Positions 42,580 to 59,929 of a stretch of 64,000 nt of DNA are shown piece after piece. The stretch comes from the human T2T-CHM13v2.0 reference genome, Homo sapiens: the NCBI RefSeq assembly GCF_009914755.1, contig NC_060927.1, one strand, 5' to 3'. Within the stretch, counting starts at the first letter, position 1. Each line of letters begins with the position of its first letter. The translations under genes were made by a program, and so were the position numbers. Below the pieces are notes generated by a model, which had not been told where the DNA came from, ran no database searches, and saw only the letters and a program-made list of their open reading frames with translations.

Positions 42580-43189
42580 TTATATGGTAGCTTTCAGCTC
42601 CTTGAAGGCACATATTTTGTCTGGATGATCCTGGTATCTCCTTGAATGCTGCCTGTGTGCTCAATAGAAATTCAATAATGGTAAATGAAGAAAGATGTAA
42701 ATGCTGCAATAACTGGAGGGTTTAAAAGATAAGTAGGGATAGTCAGGAACTATAGGATAAACCCCACTGCCTTCAATATGAAGGTCAACCGGAAGTCATT
42801 AGTCTCTTGATTCTGTAAACACAAAGGCTAATGGCAGCAGTGACCAAAGCATATTCATTTCTGAAGGCAATGTATATGCCTCAAACTAACATCAGCTAAC
42901 TTGTTAATTTCCAGAGAATAAGATATACTGCCCCATCAGCGGAGAGCAACTAGTTGGCAACATACTAGCCGTGACCTTGGATTTGATTTCTCAAAGTGTC
43001 ACTTTTTTCACTTGTAAAATGGGGGGTAACATGAATGATGGTTAAAGAGGAAATATATGTAGCATGTTAGCCCCATGCTTGGCATGAAAAATGTTAGCTA
43101 TTGCTTTAAAAATTCCTTGCTGTGTACTGTGCAAAAAGAGTCAGACCTTGCCCTTGAAGCTGTAAGTATAAGCACCTTTTAAACCAATT

Positions 43190-43770
43190 ACTATTAGGGC
43201 TCCCAATCCAGACCCCAAGAGAGGGTTCTTGGATCTCCTGCAAGAAATAATTCTAGACGAATCCATAGAGTACAGTGAAGGCAAGCTTATTAGAAAAGTA
43301 AAGGAATAAAAGAATGGCTACTCTATAGGCAGAATACCCCCAAGGGCTGCTGGTTGCCTATTTTTATGGTTATTTCTTGATTGTATGCTAAACAAAGGGT
43401 GGATTATTCATGCCTCCCCTTTTTAGACCATATAGGGTAACTTCCTGATGTTGCCATGGCATTTGTAAAATGTCATGGTGCTGGTGGGAGTGTAGCAGTG
43501 AGGATGACCAGAGGTCACTCTCGTCGCCATGTTGGTTTTGGTGGGTTTTAGCTGGCTTCTTTACTGCAACCTGTTTTATCAGCAAGGTCTTTATGACCTG
43601 TACCTTGTGCCAATCTCCCATGTCATCCTATGACTTAGAATGCCTAACCTCCTATCTCATCCTGTGACTTAGAATGCCTAACTGTCTGGGAATGTAGCCC
43701 AGTAGGTCTCAGCCTTATCTTACCTAGCCCCTATTCAAGATGGAGTTGCTCTGGTTCAATCATCTCTGAT
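43190..43770 (-). mobile_element. MER41 LTR (MER41A-like)
   Basis: Contains CCAGACCCCAAGAGAGGGTTCTTGGATCTC and GGATTATTCATGCCTCCCCTTTTTAGACCATATAGGG blocks. Confidence 0.8.
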
Positions 43771-44219
43771 GATTGATTGGTATAAAGGTCAAATAGCTAG
43801 TAAGTAATAGAGGTAGAGGACTGTAAACTAGGAATTTTGATTCCGCTATATTTTAGGAATATAGTATCGCTCAACAGCAAGTAATTTTTAAGACATAGAA
43901 AGGAAATACATTTTTACATATAAGCTGGACTCTATTCATAATATTAAAAAATAAGGATTTAGACAAATTATAGGATGACAGATCCACATAGATAATTTAA
44001 GGAAGTTAGATATGCACTCTATGGCTACAACTGTGTGGAAGATGCACATTTGTCCCCCAAAATCTCTTTATTGAGGCTACTGGTATACACTACTTGGTAG
44101 AATTGTCATTAGTCTGACCCAGTTTGAATGACGGTTGAATTTAGGAGAAAAAAGTCCCATCTTTCGACAAAAGTGTACCAGCCCTGTCAGTTTAAGGGAG
44201 AAAACATAAACAGAGGCAG

Positions 44220-45661
<1,442 letters not shown>

Positions 45662-45767
45662 GCAGGAAAGAATAAATAATAGGAAATTAGAAAACAGTAT
45701 TGACATAGATATTTCCTGAATTCTAAAGTGATTCATTGTTTAAAAAATAACATTTTATTGGAATTAA

Positions 45768-45842
45768 TTGCAGAATATCTTTCAGTCTGTTGGTAATGCG
45801 ATTAAGTTGCAGAATATCTTTCAATCTGTTGGTAATGTGATT
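45768..45842. repeat. 39-bp-period tandem duplication (2 mismatches)
   Basis: TTGCAGAATATCTTTCA(G/A)TCTGTTGGTAATG(C/T)GATT occurs twice. Confidence 0.92.
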
Positions 45843-45933
45843 GGAATGATGAGTTAGGAGTCAACTAACCATTTCAAACAAATTAACTTTTTGTTGAAAT
45901 TGTTTAAAAAGACTGGGTGTATTGATAAACTGA

Positions 45934-46442
45934 TGTGGGATATGATAAGATTTCTCTTCAAATAATCTGATCAATCTTTTATTCTTTAATTCATAGTACC
46001 CCCCCCCAATTTTTCTCCTTTTTCTCCTTTTTTCATCTTTGCCTTTGTTAAATGCCCAGGCACGCCACAATACCACGTTTTATCAATACCAACTTACATT
46101 CCTTTCCTTATTAAAAAAAAGACTAACTTTCTAGCTCATTACAAACACCCTTTCCCCTTTCCCTCCACTTTTTCTTTTACATGCTCACCCTATCTAAAAA
46201 AAATCGAATGTTTAGCCAACCAAAATTAGTTTAAATTGTACGACCCGACCACTACCAATAAAAAAAGAATACAAAGGCAAGACTTGCGTCAAAAATAAAG
46301 GCCCTCGTGCCCCTTTGTTCAAGTGCGCTCTCATGGCAACTGGCCGAAGAGACACCCCTCTGCGCAAAAGTAAAATTGCTTCATTAAAAATCCTTTGTTC
46401 GAGTGTTCAATTTCCTTAAAATTGTAAGGGTGATTCCTAACA
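45934..46442 (+). mobile_element. LTR10-family (HERV-I) solo LTR
   Basis: TGTGGGATATGA...TTCCTAACA termini, CTGA/CCGA TSD. Confidence 0.7.
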
Positions 46443-46781
46443 CCGACTTCATTTCCTCATTCCTTTTTTGAGATAGAGTCTCGCTCTGTTGCCCAGGCTG
46501 GAATGCAGTGGTGCAACCTTGGCTCACTGCAGCCTCCACTTCCCAGGCTCAAGCGATTCTCATGTGAGTAGCCGGGATTACAGGCATCTGCCACCACACC
46601 CGGCTAACTTTTGTATATTTAGTAGAGATGGGGTTTCACCATGTTGGCCAGGCTGGTCTTGAACTCCTGACCTGAAGTGATCTGCCCACCTCAGCCTCCC
46701 AAAGTGCCTGGATTACAGGTGTGAGCCACAGTGGCAGACCCTCATTTCCTCATTGTTTTGAAACAAGGCACATACATTTTC

Positions 46782-47778
46782 TGTAGGGAAAAGAAAGATC
46801 AGACTGTTACTGTGTCTATGTAGAAAAGGAAGACATAAGAAACTCCATTTTGATCTGTACTAAGAAAAATTGTTTTGCCTTGAGATGCTGTTAATCTATA
46901 ACTTTAGCCCCAACCCTGTGCTCACAGAAACATGTGCTGTATGGAATCAAGGTTTAAGGGATCTAGGGCTGTGCAGGGTGTGCCTTGTTAACAATATGTT
47001 TACAGGCTGTATGCTTGGTAAAAGTCATCGCCATTCTCCATTCTCGATTAACCAGGGGCATAACGAACTGCGGAAAGCCGCAGGGACCTCTGCCCAAGAA
47101 AGCCTGGGTATTGTCCAAGGTTTCCCCCAACTGACACAGCCTGAGATATGGCCTTGTGGGAAGGGAAAGACCCAGCCGTCCTCCCCAGCCTGTCACCCGT
47201 AAAGGGTCTGTGCTGAGGAGGATTAGTAAAAGAGGAAGGTCTCTTGCGGTTGAGATAAGAGGAAGGCCTCCATCTCCTGCATGTCCCTGGGAATGGAATG
47301 TCTCGGTGTAAAACCCGATCGTAAATTCCTCCTATTCTGAGGTAGGAGAAAACCGCCCTGTGGCTGGAGGCGAGATATGCTGGCAGCAATGCTGCTCTGT
47401 TACTCTTTGCTACACTGAGATGTTTGGGTGGAGAGAAGCAAAAATCTGGCCTACGTGCACATCCGGGCACAGTACCTTCCCTTAAACTTATTTGTGACAC
47501 AGATTCCTTTGCTCACATGTTTTCCTGCTGACCTTCTCCCCATTGTCACCCTGTTCTCCTGCCGCATTCCCCTAGCCGAGATAGTGAAAATAGTAATCAA
47601 TAAATGCTGAAGGAACTCAGAGACCGGGGCCTGTGCGGGTCCTCCATATGCTGAGCGCCGGTCCCCTGGGACCACTGTTCTTTCTCTATACTTTGTCTCT
47701 GTGTCTTATTCCTTTTCTCAGTCTCTCGTTCCACCTGACGAGGAATACCCAGAGGTGTGGAGGGGCTGGCCCCCTTCA
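46782..47778 (+). mobile_element. HERV-K(HML-2) solo LTR (LTR5A/LTR5B type)
   Basis: Starts TGTAGGGAAAAGAAAGATCAGACTGTTACTG and ends GGGGCTGGCCCCCTTCA. ~1 kb, ATTTTC/GTTTTC TSD. Confidence 0.92.
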
Positions 47779-48268
47779 GTTTTCTTTCCCTCAGGGTTGT
47801 ATAGTGCATAACGGCCCTTGTTTGGCTAGGAGTATTGTAATGGGACTGCATTTGTTGTGCCAAGCCCTTACTGAAACTAATGTGATGGATACAATTTATT
47901 TCCTAGATAGTCATACTTTCTAATATTGCTTTATGAGAGAGACAAAGTATAAATGTTTAGGAAAGGTTTAAAGCAATGCATTCTAAATTTTTTTCTGAAG
48001 ATTGAGTCTCAGTGTTAGGTATTAAAAGGGGCCTTAAAGCTCATCTAGTCCATTTCCTTTCTTTTAATGAAAATACAGTTTTTGAGAATGTAAGTGGATG
48101 TTTTAGATGACACACTTACAGGCAGAATCTGAATAACTCTGCCTTCCTGAGAACTAGCCCAGTGCTCTGTTTGCTTGCTTACCTCTCCAGGTCATGGAAT
48201 CAGACCTCTTAGTATTCCATGCAGCTTAAAACTGAAAACCTTTAATAAAAGTGGTTGGGCAATTTTCA

Positions 48269-48300
<32 letters not shown>

Positions 48301-48918
48301 GAGATGGAGTCTGACTCTGTTGCTCAGGCTGGAGTGCACTGGCATAATCTCATCTGACTTCAACCTCCACCTCCCAGGCTCAAGTGATCCTCTTGCCTCA
48401 GCCTCCTGAGTAGCTGGGACTACAGGCATGTGCCACCACATCCGGCTAATTTTTTTGTATTTTTAGTAGAGACAGGGTTTCACCTTTTTGGCCAAGCTGG
48501 TCTCAAAGTCCTGACCTCAACTGATCCACCTGCCTCAGCCTCCCAAAGTGCTGGGATTACAGGCATGAGCCACTATGCCCGGCCTTCAGCTTTCTTTTGG
48601 TTCTAATCATATATGTGGTAAAGTGATTGACTTAGACAGTTATGTTAATGTGAACAGTGCTGTTAATGTTATTGAATTTGATTAAAATAAAGCTCCATAA
48701 TTTATTTTATTTTATTTAGCATTAGGGCCTTTGGGACAAAATATGAATAACGAAAGCAAGATAATTTGCAAATAAGAATTAGTCCAAGAGCTATAGTATG
48801 TTTTGGGTTTGTTTTTGGGTTTGATTTTGATCTGTTTTTAAATAAGTATGTTATAGTATCTAATATTAACTTAAAATCTTGGTTCAGTTTGCCCTACATA
48901 ATCTATTCTAAAAATATA

Positions 48919-49291
48919 TGTATTGGTCTGTTCTCGCAATGCTAGAAAGAACTACCTGAGACTGGGTAATTTATAAAGAAAAGAGGTTTAATTGACTCAC
49001 AGTTCTGCAAGTTGTATAGGAAGCATGGCTAAGGAGGCCTCAGGAAACTTAACAATCATGGTGGAAGATGAAGGGGAAGCAAACCTGTCTTATATGGTGG
49101 GATCAGGAGAAAGCAAGTGAAGGAAGAAGTGCTACACACTTTTAAACAACCAGGTCTTGTGAGAACTACTATAAGAGAACAGCAAGGAGAAAGTCCACCC
49201 CCGTGATCTAATCACCTCCTACCAGGCCCCTCCTCCAACACTGAGAATGACAATTTGACTTGAGATTTGGGTGGGGACACAAACCATATCA
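48919..49291 (-). mobile_element. MaLR LTR (MSTA/MSTB-like)
   Basis: TGTATTGGTCTGTTCTCGC...CCTGAGACTGGGTAATTTATAAAGAAAAGAGGTTTAATTG...AAACCATATCA. Confidence 0.85.
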
Positions 49292-51783
49292 TACAAATTC
49301 AAGAGTTTGTAACTTGGTACAATGTGCCTTTATTATTTTCTGCATCATGTGCATACTTCACTGGTTCACAGCATAAAGACTGAAAACTGCCATATTTATT
49401 AGGAAGTTGTATTTTGTTTTTCAAGCTCTGTTGAGGAATAGATGGAATTTGTTCCATGGTGAGCTGTTTTTAAGTTTTCGCAGTATCATTAATGACCCCA
49501 GTCTCATTCTGGGAAACTTGAATTCTCCTTGCAAATTCTAAGAAGTTCACACTTTACCCAAACTTAATGTAATAACGAGAGACAACATCTGTTTATGCCT
49601 AGTTATTTGAGGTTTTGTTGCCTGTTTGTGGGAGAAATTCTCTCCTTCTGATTAGTATGCAGAAACTAAAATCTTGGTGAATGATGGTGATAAATATCTG
49701 AAACATAATCAGATGATTCAGTCAATTTTTGGTGAAGATTATTCTGCTACACTTTATACCATATCATGTTACAAGAAAATGACAATGACACACTTACATC
49801 TTTCATAATACAGACATTATAATTGGTAACAAACATGCAACATCTATTATTCCATTCTTCGTATTGGGCGTCATTTTGAAGTATAATTGATGCAGAAGAC
49901 TTAACACATTATTTGGGTTTTCAGGTATTAAACCAACCCACCTGTAATTTATAGAAAGAAAGGCAGCACAAAAAGTGTCTGCCAGCTTTGCTATTTTCCC
50001 CTCTTCAGAGAGCCTCTGTGACTTTTCATGCTGCAAATAGCTGTCTACACATGATCGTATCTTCCATAGGAGAAACAGGCTTCTAAATTCAGATGTCTGT
50101 TTATGCTGAGGCCCAACTAAAAGCTACATTACCTTGTTCTTGACATCCTTTTTAAAAAGTACTGTGTGATCTTTGTCGAACTTTGTTTAAACAAAGGTTA
50201 AACCTTTTGAGAAAATTGGTAATAATTACCGGTGTTTTTATACCAGATTTGGGAGTCACCATCAGCAATTATTGAATACGTACATTGTGCCAAGTACCTG
50301 TACTAGATTCTGAACTTAAAGACTCAGTCCCTGCCATGAAATAATTTATAATCTAAGTAGGTAGAAGGAACAAGTATATAGAAATAACAAAGACAGTTTA
50401 TAAGTACTTTGAATGAAATTTCAGGTAGATATCACAGTAAGTGGAGCAGTTTCCAAGGCTTCTTGGGACTGGGGCTTAAGTGGGCCTTGAAGGATGACTA
50501 GGATGTAAATAAATTGGGAGGATATTTCAGAAACAGCAAACAGAGGGCAGAAGAATAGAGGCAGACTCTGGGATTGTAGCTGTGTCACAGAGGACAGCAA
50601 GTGTGAAAAGGCAAACATTTGTGACTAGAGCAGAGTCAGAGAGAATAATGAAAAGTGAGTCACTGTGGGGAGGACCTTCCATGTTAATTAAAGAACCTGG
50701 ACAATGTTCTATTAGGTGCCGCCTGAAGACGTTGGAGCAGGATGTTGACAAGAGCAGAGGGCATTTGAGGTTATTGGAAGTGAAATAGAATGGATTAGAA
50801 AGGGAGTGTCAGCCTTAGCCAGAAAATTTAAAACTATTCAGTAATAACCCATTACATACTGTGTATTGAGACCATTTTCCCCTTGGTCTTAAGGATGTAG
50901 AGGTAGTTACATGCAGTAGTGTTATCTCTACTTCTTGACAAGGACTGCCACTTTGAGGCAGCAATAATCTTTAAAGACCAGTCCCCAGGGAGAATTGGCT
51001 AGGGGCCAGGCCATCAGAAGATTCCATGTCAGAAAATTGCCCTAACAGGCTATTCATAATGTGTTCCAATTTAGTACCCTTTACACTGCAGAGTCATGGA
51101 ATAGTACTTAAGCTGTTCATTTTAGACAAAAATACACTTCCCAGACACATTAATTGCATGTTTCAAAGTTGTATTTAAAACTTGCCTAAAAGGTAGGAGC
51201 TTTTAAGTAAACAAAAAATTTTCTCTTGGCAAAAAGTAACCAGACTCTTCCTTGATCTGCTTATTCAAATCTATCAGGTGTTTTATAAGAAACACTAATA
51301 TTTTTCCAGAAGGACCAGCTGGCATCATATCCGACCATGTTCTGCTAAGGTGACAATTTTTCTTTCTCACACTTTATGCATTCCAGAACATTAATTCTCA
51401 AGGGAGGTACCTGGTTCATTCCTCTACCCTTTAGGAAGAACAGCTCTAAAATGAAAGCTCAAAACTCTCCAGAGGGAGAAAAGTCACAGCCACTTTTAAT
51501 TTGGTATGAGTCAGGCTCCACAGGCTCTGGGGTTTGCTTTGCTGCTTACTAGTTATGTGACACTGAGCAAGTTAATTAATCATCTTGTACCTCTGTTTCT
51601 TCATTTGTACAATAATAGGTCCTACTTAGTAGGACTCTGGGGAGTGTTAAATGATATATAAAACCCCAACATTAACTGGCATATAGTAAGTGTTATATGT
51701 GTTAATTGTTACGACATTCTGTGGGTTTTTTTGTGTGTTCCTGTAGATACTACTCAGCTAACCTATAAACACAATTGATAGTT

Positions 51784-51785
<2 letters not shown>

Positions 51786-51819
<34 letters not shown>
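51786..51819. repeat. (TG)n microsatellite
   Basis: Read directly from the sequence. Confidence 0.97.
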
Positions 51820-51823
<4 letters not shown>

Positions 51824-54054
51824 TGCATTTTAAAATGTCTTTTGGTTACTGAGGGTTTCCATAAAAATCATAAATATAAGATGCTCACCATCAATATGGT
51901 GTACTTCAGCAAAGAAGAAGCTAGGAGCTAGAAACCACCTTTGATCTCTTTAGTTTACATAGTGTCTTACCTTTTATATTGCTGGTTTCATCAACTGGTT
52001 CCCATTAGCAACCAAAGTGGCAGCAGGATTTGTGTGTTTATGTAGTGATAATTTTTGTAGTGAACAAAAATATTATACTTTAAATATTTTAGTCTTGAAT
52101 TGACTTTTCCGCTGAGGAAACTCAGTGGAAAAAGTCAATGAACTGAGGCACTCAGTTCATTTTTTTTTTTTTTAAGGCAGAGTCTTGCTTTGTCACCCAG
52201 GCTGGAGTGCAGTGTGCAATCTCAGCTCACTGAAACCTCTGCCTCATGGGTTCAAGTAATTCTCATGCCTCAGCCTCCCGAGTAGCTGGGATTACAGGTG
52301 TTTGCCACCACACCTGGCTATTTTTTTCTATTTTTAGTAGAGACAGGGTTTCACCACGTTGGCCAGGCTGGTCTCAAACTCCTTACCTCAGGTGATCTGC
52401 CCACCTCAGCCTCCCAAAGTGCTGGGATTACAGACGTGAGCCACCATGCCTGTCTAGCACTCAGTATTTTTTATTGCTGTTGGGGACAGCAGGACACTTA
52501 ACAAGTACTAATGAAAAAAAAATTTGGTAGAGTGGAAAAGGCACTGGCTTTGGGCCCCTGGATTGCTACCAGGCCTGAAGTCAAAAGACACGGCTTTGAA
52601 TAACAGCTTAAATGCTTATGGACATTATGACCTTGAACACGTTATTTAGCCTCACATTTTTCATCAACACAATGGGGATACTAGTAAGTATATGCCTTAT
52701 AGGATAGCATTGTGTGATCTAAGTGACCATACATAAGGCACCAAGAAGAGTGCTTGGGATGTAATAGAGCCTCAGTACATGTTAGATCCTCTCACCAAAC
52801 CAGGCCCCTTCCTCTTGCTGCTATCTTCTTAAGCATTAACCAGCAATGCAACCTCAAGCAAGTCACTTTTCTTTTTTAGACCGTGAAGTTTTCTGACCCC
52901 TTCTCTAAATCAATTCTCTCATTTATTCTTGTTCAGCCTCGACTTCCATTCCCCTGATATCCCCACTAACCGTTTTCACAGAGAGCATTGAAAAATTCTC
53001 TCAGCTTCCTCCTCTCTTACCCTACCTGCGTCTCCATCAGTCGTTTCTTCTGGTTTTGGGTACCCTCCTCCCACTGAACACCCATCAAACCCTATGCTCT
53101 GGATTCCATCATTTTTTGCCATTGAATCTGTCAGCTTTTTGCTCTCTCACCTGTAATTTCAGCCTCTCCTCGCCCCTGCATCCAGGCTTCTCATACTCTT
53201 CCATTTAAAAAAGATTCCTTCCTAGATTCTTCATCCTTTCTCCAGCTATTGCTCTCTTTTCTTTCTCCTCAGTTTAGGAGAAAAAAGTGTACATATCATC
53301 CCACATCTTCCCCCCAACCCAGCTCTCTCAACCCACTGGTTTCCATTCTTGTCACGCTACTGAAACAACAATAGTAAAGGACATAATTCAATGGACATAT
53401 TTCAGTTTCTCAGCCCATATCTTACTTGACTCTTCTATCATATTTGACATTATGAATCTTCCATTGACACTCTTCTTCTCATTCTCCTTCCAGTCTGGTC
53501 ATTCTTTCTTAGTTACAGTGACTGAATTTATTTCCTGTGTCCCTTAAATATTGGTGTGCTCTAGGGTTCTGTGCTCTCTTTCCTTCTTACTCTCTGCCCT
53601 TCTCTTAGAGTAATCTCATGTACTTTTATGGTTTTTTATTCTCATCTGTATGCTGATGTTCTTTTCTCTCCTCTGTCTGCCACACTTCTTGCCTGTGTTC
53701 CAGAGCTATCTATTCAACTGTGTTGGACGTCTTCACTTTGGTATTCCACAGACTCCATGTGTCCATAAATGAGCCGTGTTAACCATCTCTCTCCTCCCCT
53801 CTTCTCTGCTCTCTACATCTCTCTCCGCACAAGCCTGCACTTTCTCCTAAATTCCCTGACGTGTTTGATGGAACAACTGTCCATCCCATTCACCAAACAT
53901 GAAAGCTGGGTCAATCCCTGATGCCACTTCCTCCTTTCTTCACATCCAGCCAGTGACATCTGAGCAGAGAACTGAATGACCAGGGGTCAGCTCTATGAAG
54001 ATCTAGGGGAAGAGCTACAGCAGACATGAGACTGAGTTTTCACTTTCATAGTGA

Positions 54055-54459
<405 letters not shown>

Positions 54460-54995
54460 CATAGATTGTTTTTACTGACAACATTTTCAAACAAAATGCT
54501 GTCAGGTTGTCACTAAAAAATGGATCTTGGATTCTTTGCAGCTCCTCAAATTCCTTTTTGTTCTTTCTGTTAGTTCTTTGCTGGGGTGTTGGTGGGGGAA
54601 ATGGGGGGCAGGTGGGATGGTGGGCACAGAATTTTCCTGACTAAGCCGAAGCTCTCCTGCCTCTTTTACTTGTTCTGAAGACTTTTGAATTTGAGATTAA
54701 CAACACAACCATCACCTCTTAAAAGTCTGTATAACTTTATCTTGCATATATTTTGTTATTAAATATGTCTTTTAGTAGAGAATGAGTAGGAAGACTTTGG
54801 TCTTTATAATATTCAGTTTTATGTGGGTTATATCCTGATTTTTAAAGTTAGAAACTCATAATTTTATGTAATTCTATGTAACTAAAAAGATTGATTTGTT
54901 TTTATAATCTATATTTGTATAAGTATGGGACTAGATTACACAAAACAACATTGATCACTGGAACTAAGAGCTTTCTGTTGACCACAGGCAAACAG

Positions 54996-55083
54996 CTCTT
55001 TCCAGTAGAAAAGAGCTGGGCTCCCTCACTGTTTCCTGGCTCTTTCCAGTAGAAAAGAGCTGGGCTCCCTCACTGTTTCCTGG
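54996..55083. repeat. Perfect 44-bp tandem duplication
   Basis: CTCTTTCCAGTAGAAAAGAGCTGGGCTCCCTCACTGTTTCCTGG occurs twice. Confidence 0.97.
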
Positions 55084-55184
55084 CACACGGTATGATATTG
55101 AGTTCCATGATTATGCATGTACCTTGGGTTACAACCCCCCTGGCGGCAGAACCTCTATTGTGTCCTTCTTTGTATTGCCCACAG

Positions 55185-55265
55185 AGCCTGTTGGTGACCT
55201 GCACACAGGAGCCCTCCAGTCAGTACTGATTGAATTACTCAAGGCTGCCTCTCTGCAAAGTTGAG
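55185..55265 (+). other. ACKR2: ACKR2 non-coding exon 2 (81 nt); coding exon lies beyond the window
   Basis: Polypyrimidine tract then CCCACAG| acceptor and TTGAG|GTAAG donor. Matches recalled ACKR2 5' UTR ...CTCTCTGCAAAGTTGAG. Confidence 0.78.
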
Positions 55266-55902
55266 GTAAGCAGCTGAGTTCAATGATGCTGGCTGCATTT
55301 TCAGCTATTGGGGCTGCAGTAGCTAGGCAGGGGCTGCAGGCCCTTCTGGCTTTTTAGCCCTCCTGCTCACCCACCATTTACACAGTCTTCCTTTCAGAGC
55401 CCCCCTTTCTCCTCCTGCACTTCCTTGAATATTGACTGCCTCTCTGATTTCCCTCACTTTGTCTCTCCCAAATATTAGGGCTGTTTTTATGGTCTGCTAA
55501 TTCTGTGAGAATGAGGTACCTCTTCTGGGAGGCACTGCCACACTCAATGGCACTGCAAACAGGTTTTTATTGGCTCATCTCCAAGCTCTCCAAGTCATTC
55601 TGCCCTCATACTGATTATGAGACACCATCTGTTTATCTTGATTGCATAATAAATTGAGGACTCATAAATGTAGTTGACATCTAAATTAGATCCAAATCAC
55701 AGTAAGAACAGGATAATGGTCTCCTTTGTCAGAGATGGATGAATAATTACTTTTATAGCTCTGGAAGAAAAATGGGTTATGCAAACAGATACTTCACCCA
55801 AATTGGTTTCCTGAGTGACTCTCCGTATGTTGATGTTTTTGCTCAGGGACAGGAACCTGCCTACCCTGTTTCAGGGAAAACCAGAAAAGAAATATAATCT
55901 GC

Positions 55903-56190
<288 letters not shown>

Positions 56191-56397
56191 TCAAATGTTA
56201 GCCACCAATGTCCTTGTGTTACCCTGCTTTCTGAGGGCCAGAAGAGATTTTCAAAGATTATGAGCACTAAAATAACAGTAAAAAAAAAAAAAAAAAAAGC
56301 TAGTAACCTTGGCCTGTTGCCTAGTACAATATAGCTGATCAGAAGGAAATCACAAGGCAGTGGGACTGGGCTAAGGTGCAGCTTGTGAGTTCTCTAG

Positions 56398-58386
<1,989 letters not shown>

Positions 58387-59464
58387 GAATAAAACCAGTA
58401 ACAGAATAATTGTTATTCCAATCTGCCCCCCTTCCCCAGTCATGAAAGCTAGGATCTTTTTGCTGTATCCACCAGATCTCAGGCTTGTGTCTCTTCCCCT
58501 CTCTGTAGTCTTGGCTGTGTGTCCACCACAACACTGTTCCTTTGATGTGAGTCAATCATTACGCTCACTCCAGTGTTTGTTTTTGCATGATGCTGTCCCC
58601 TTCCTTTCACTTGGTTCTAGGCTAAGCCCCATTATTCCACCAGGCCCCACATGGTCTAGGCTGTGCCTCCTGTCTTCACTTTGCTGAAGTGGCGGGACAG
58701 TCTTCTCCTATCCAGGTTTCACTTTTAAAAAGTTATCCCTTCCTCTTGTTTTCTTCATCTCCGATAAAGCCTAGCATGGAGTGACTTTTGCGTTTGAGTT
58801 TTTCCTTTTGTTTCTTACAGCATCCCCTCCCCTGCCACCTTGCCTAGGGGAATTTGTACTGAACTTGGTCAGGAGTCAGAGTAATCTGTCTCAATATCTC
58901 CCTCTCCTCAATCAGGGGCTCCAGACAAAAGGATGCTCAACTGCTTTCTCTCCTGTCTGGGAGATCAGGGTGTGACCTTCATTCTATAATTTATTCAAGT
59001 GTCTCTCTCCTGTGTAGCCTGTCAGCCTTCGTGTCTCCAGTCATTCTCTTCCTAGACAGACTTGTCTGGGATGTTCAGAACTGGAAGTTTGGTGGCTTGC
59101 CCTGACATGTCCAATACTCAGTAAGCAAGCAGAACTTACCCTCTTTGGGCTCTCTGCACTGTGTGCTCTTCTAAGCCATGCAATCAACTTCTAAGACCAT
59201 AAGAGGGGAGCTAAGCACCATTCAGCTTTGTATATGCCCTGAGGGAACTAACACAGTTGCATAGGATGGCAAGAAACCTATACATTTTTGCGGAATGAAT
59301 TAATAAAATCTATTGACTTTTGTGCTCTACTTTTCTCCCTTAACTTTATTGCAGCAAGCAATCAAATAAAGGTAATTAGTCCTAGTTTGTTCTACACTAA
59401 GTATATCACACTGTGATTCTGATTTCATAACTTAGATCTGAGTTTTAGAACACTGAGACAATCA

Positions 59465-59926
59465 CAGTCGTCCCTTCGTATCCACAGGGGATTGGTTTCA
59501 CATCTGACCTCATGTGATAGGTTGCAGTCAAAACCCAGTCAAAACTTTGTTTCATGCACAAAATTATTGTATGAAGTTAACTTCAGACTATGTGTATGAG
59601 GTGTATATGAAGCATAAATAAATGTGTTTAAACTTGGGTCTCATCCCATAGATATCTCATTATTTATATTTTGAAATATTTCAAAATCCAGGAAATTCCG
59701 AAATCCAAAACACTTCTGGTGCCAAGCATTTTGAATAAGGGATACTCAACCTATAATACCTAATATAATGTAAATGCTATGTAAATAGTTGTTATACTGT
59801 ATTTTAAAAAATTTGTATTTTTTTATTGCTGTATTGTTATTTTTAAATTTTTTTAAAAAATATTTTCAGTCCTTTGTTGGTTGAATCCATGGATTTGGAA
59901 CCCATATGAATACAGAGGGCTGACTA
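59465..59926. mobile_element. MER2/Tigger-family DNA transposon with a nested Tigger4/MER46-like segment (~59500-59750)
   Basis: CAGTCGTCCCT ... AGGGCTGACT terminal inverted repeats. Internal AAGGGATACTCAACCT end. Confidence 0.65.
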
Positions 59927-59929
59927 TAT

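Noticed and set aside
46870-47500. 110- and 150-aa ORFs in HERV-K sequence
   Set aside because: They lie within a solo LTR; no gag, pol or env is present.
51928-51970. Strong GTAAG donor at 51970 suggesting two small exons
   Set aside because: The implied intron would be only ~43 nt, and the frame runs straight through, so it was treated as one 166-nt exon.
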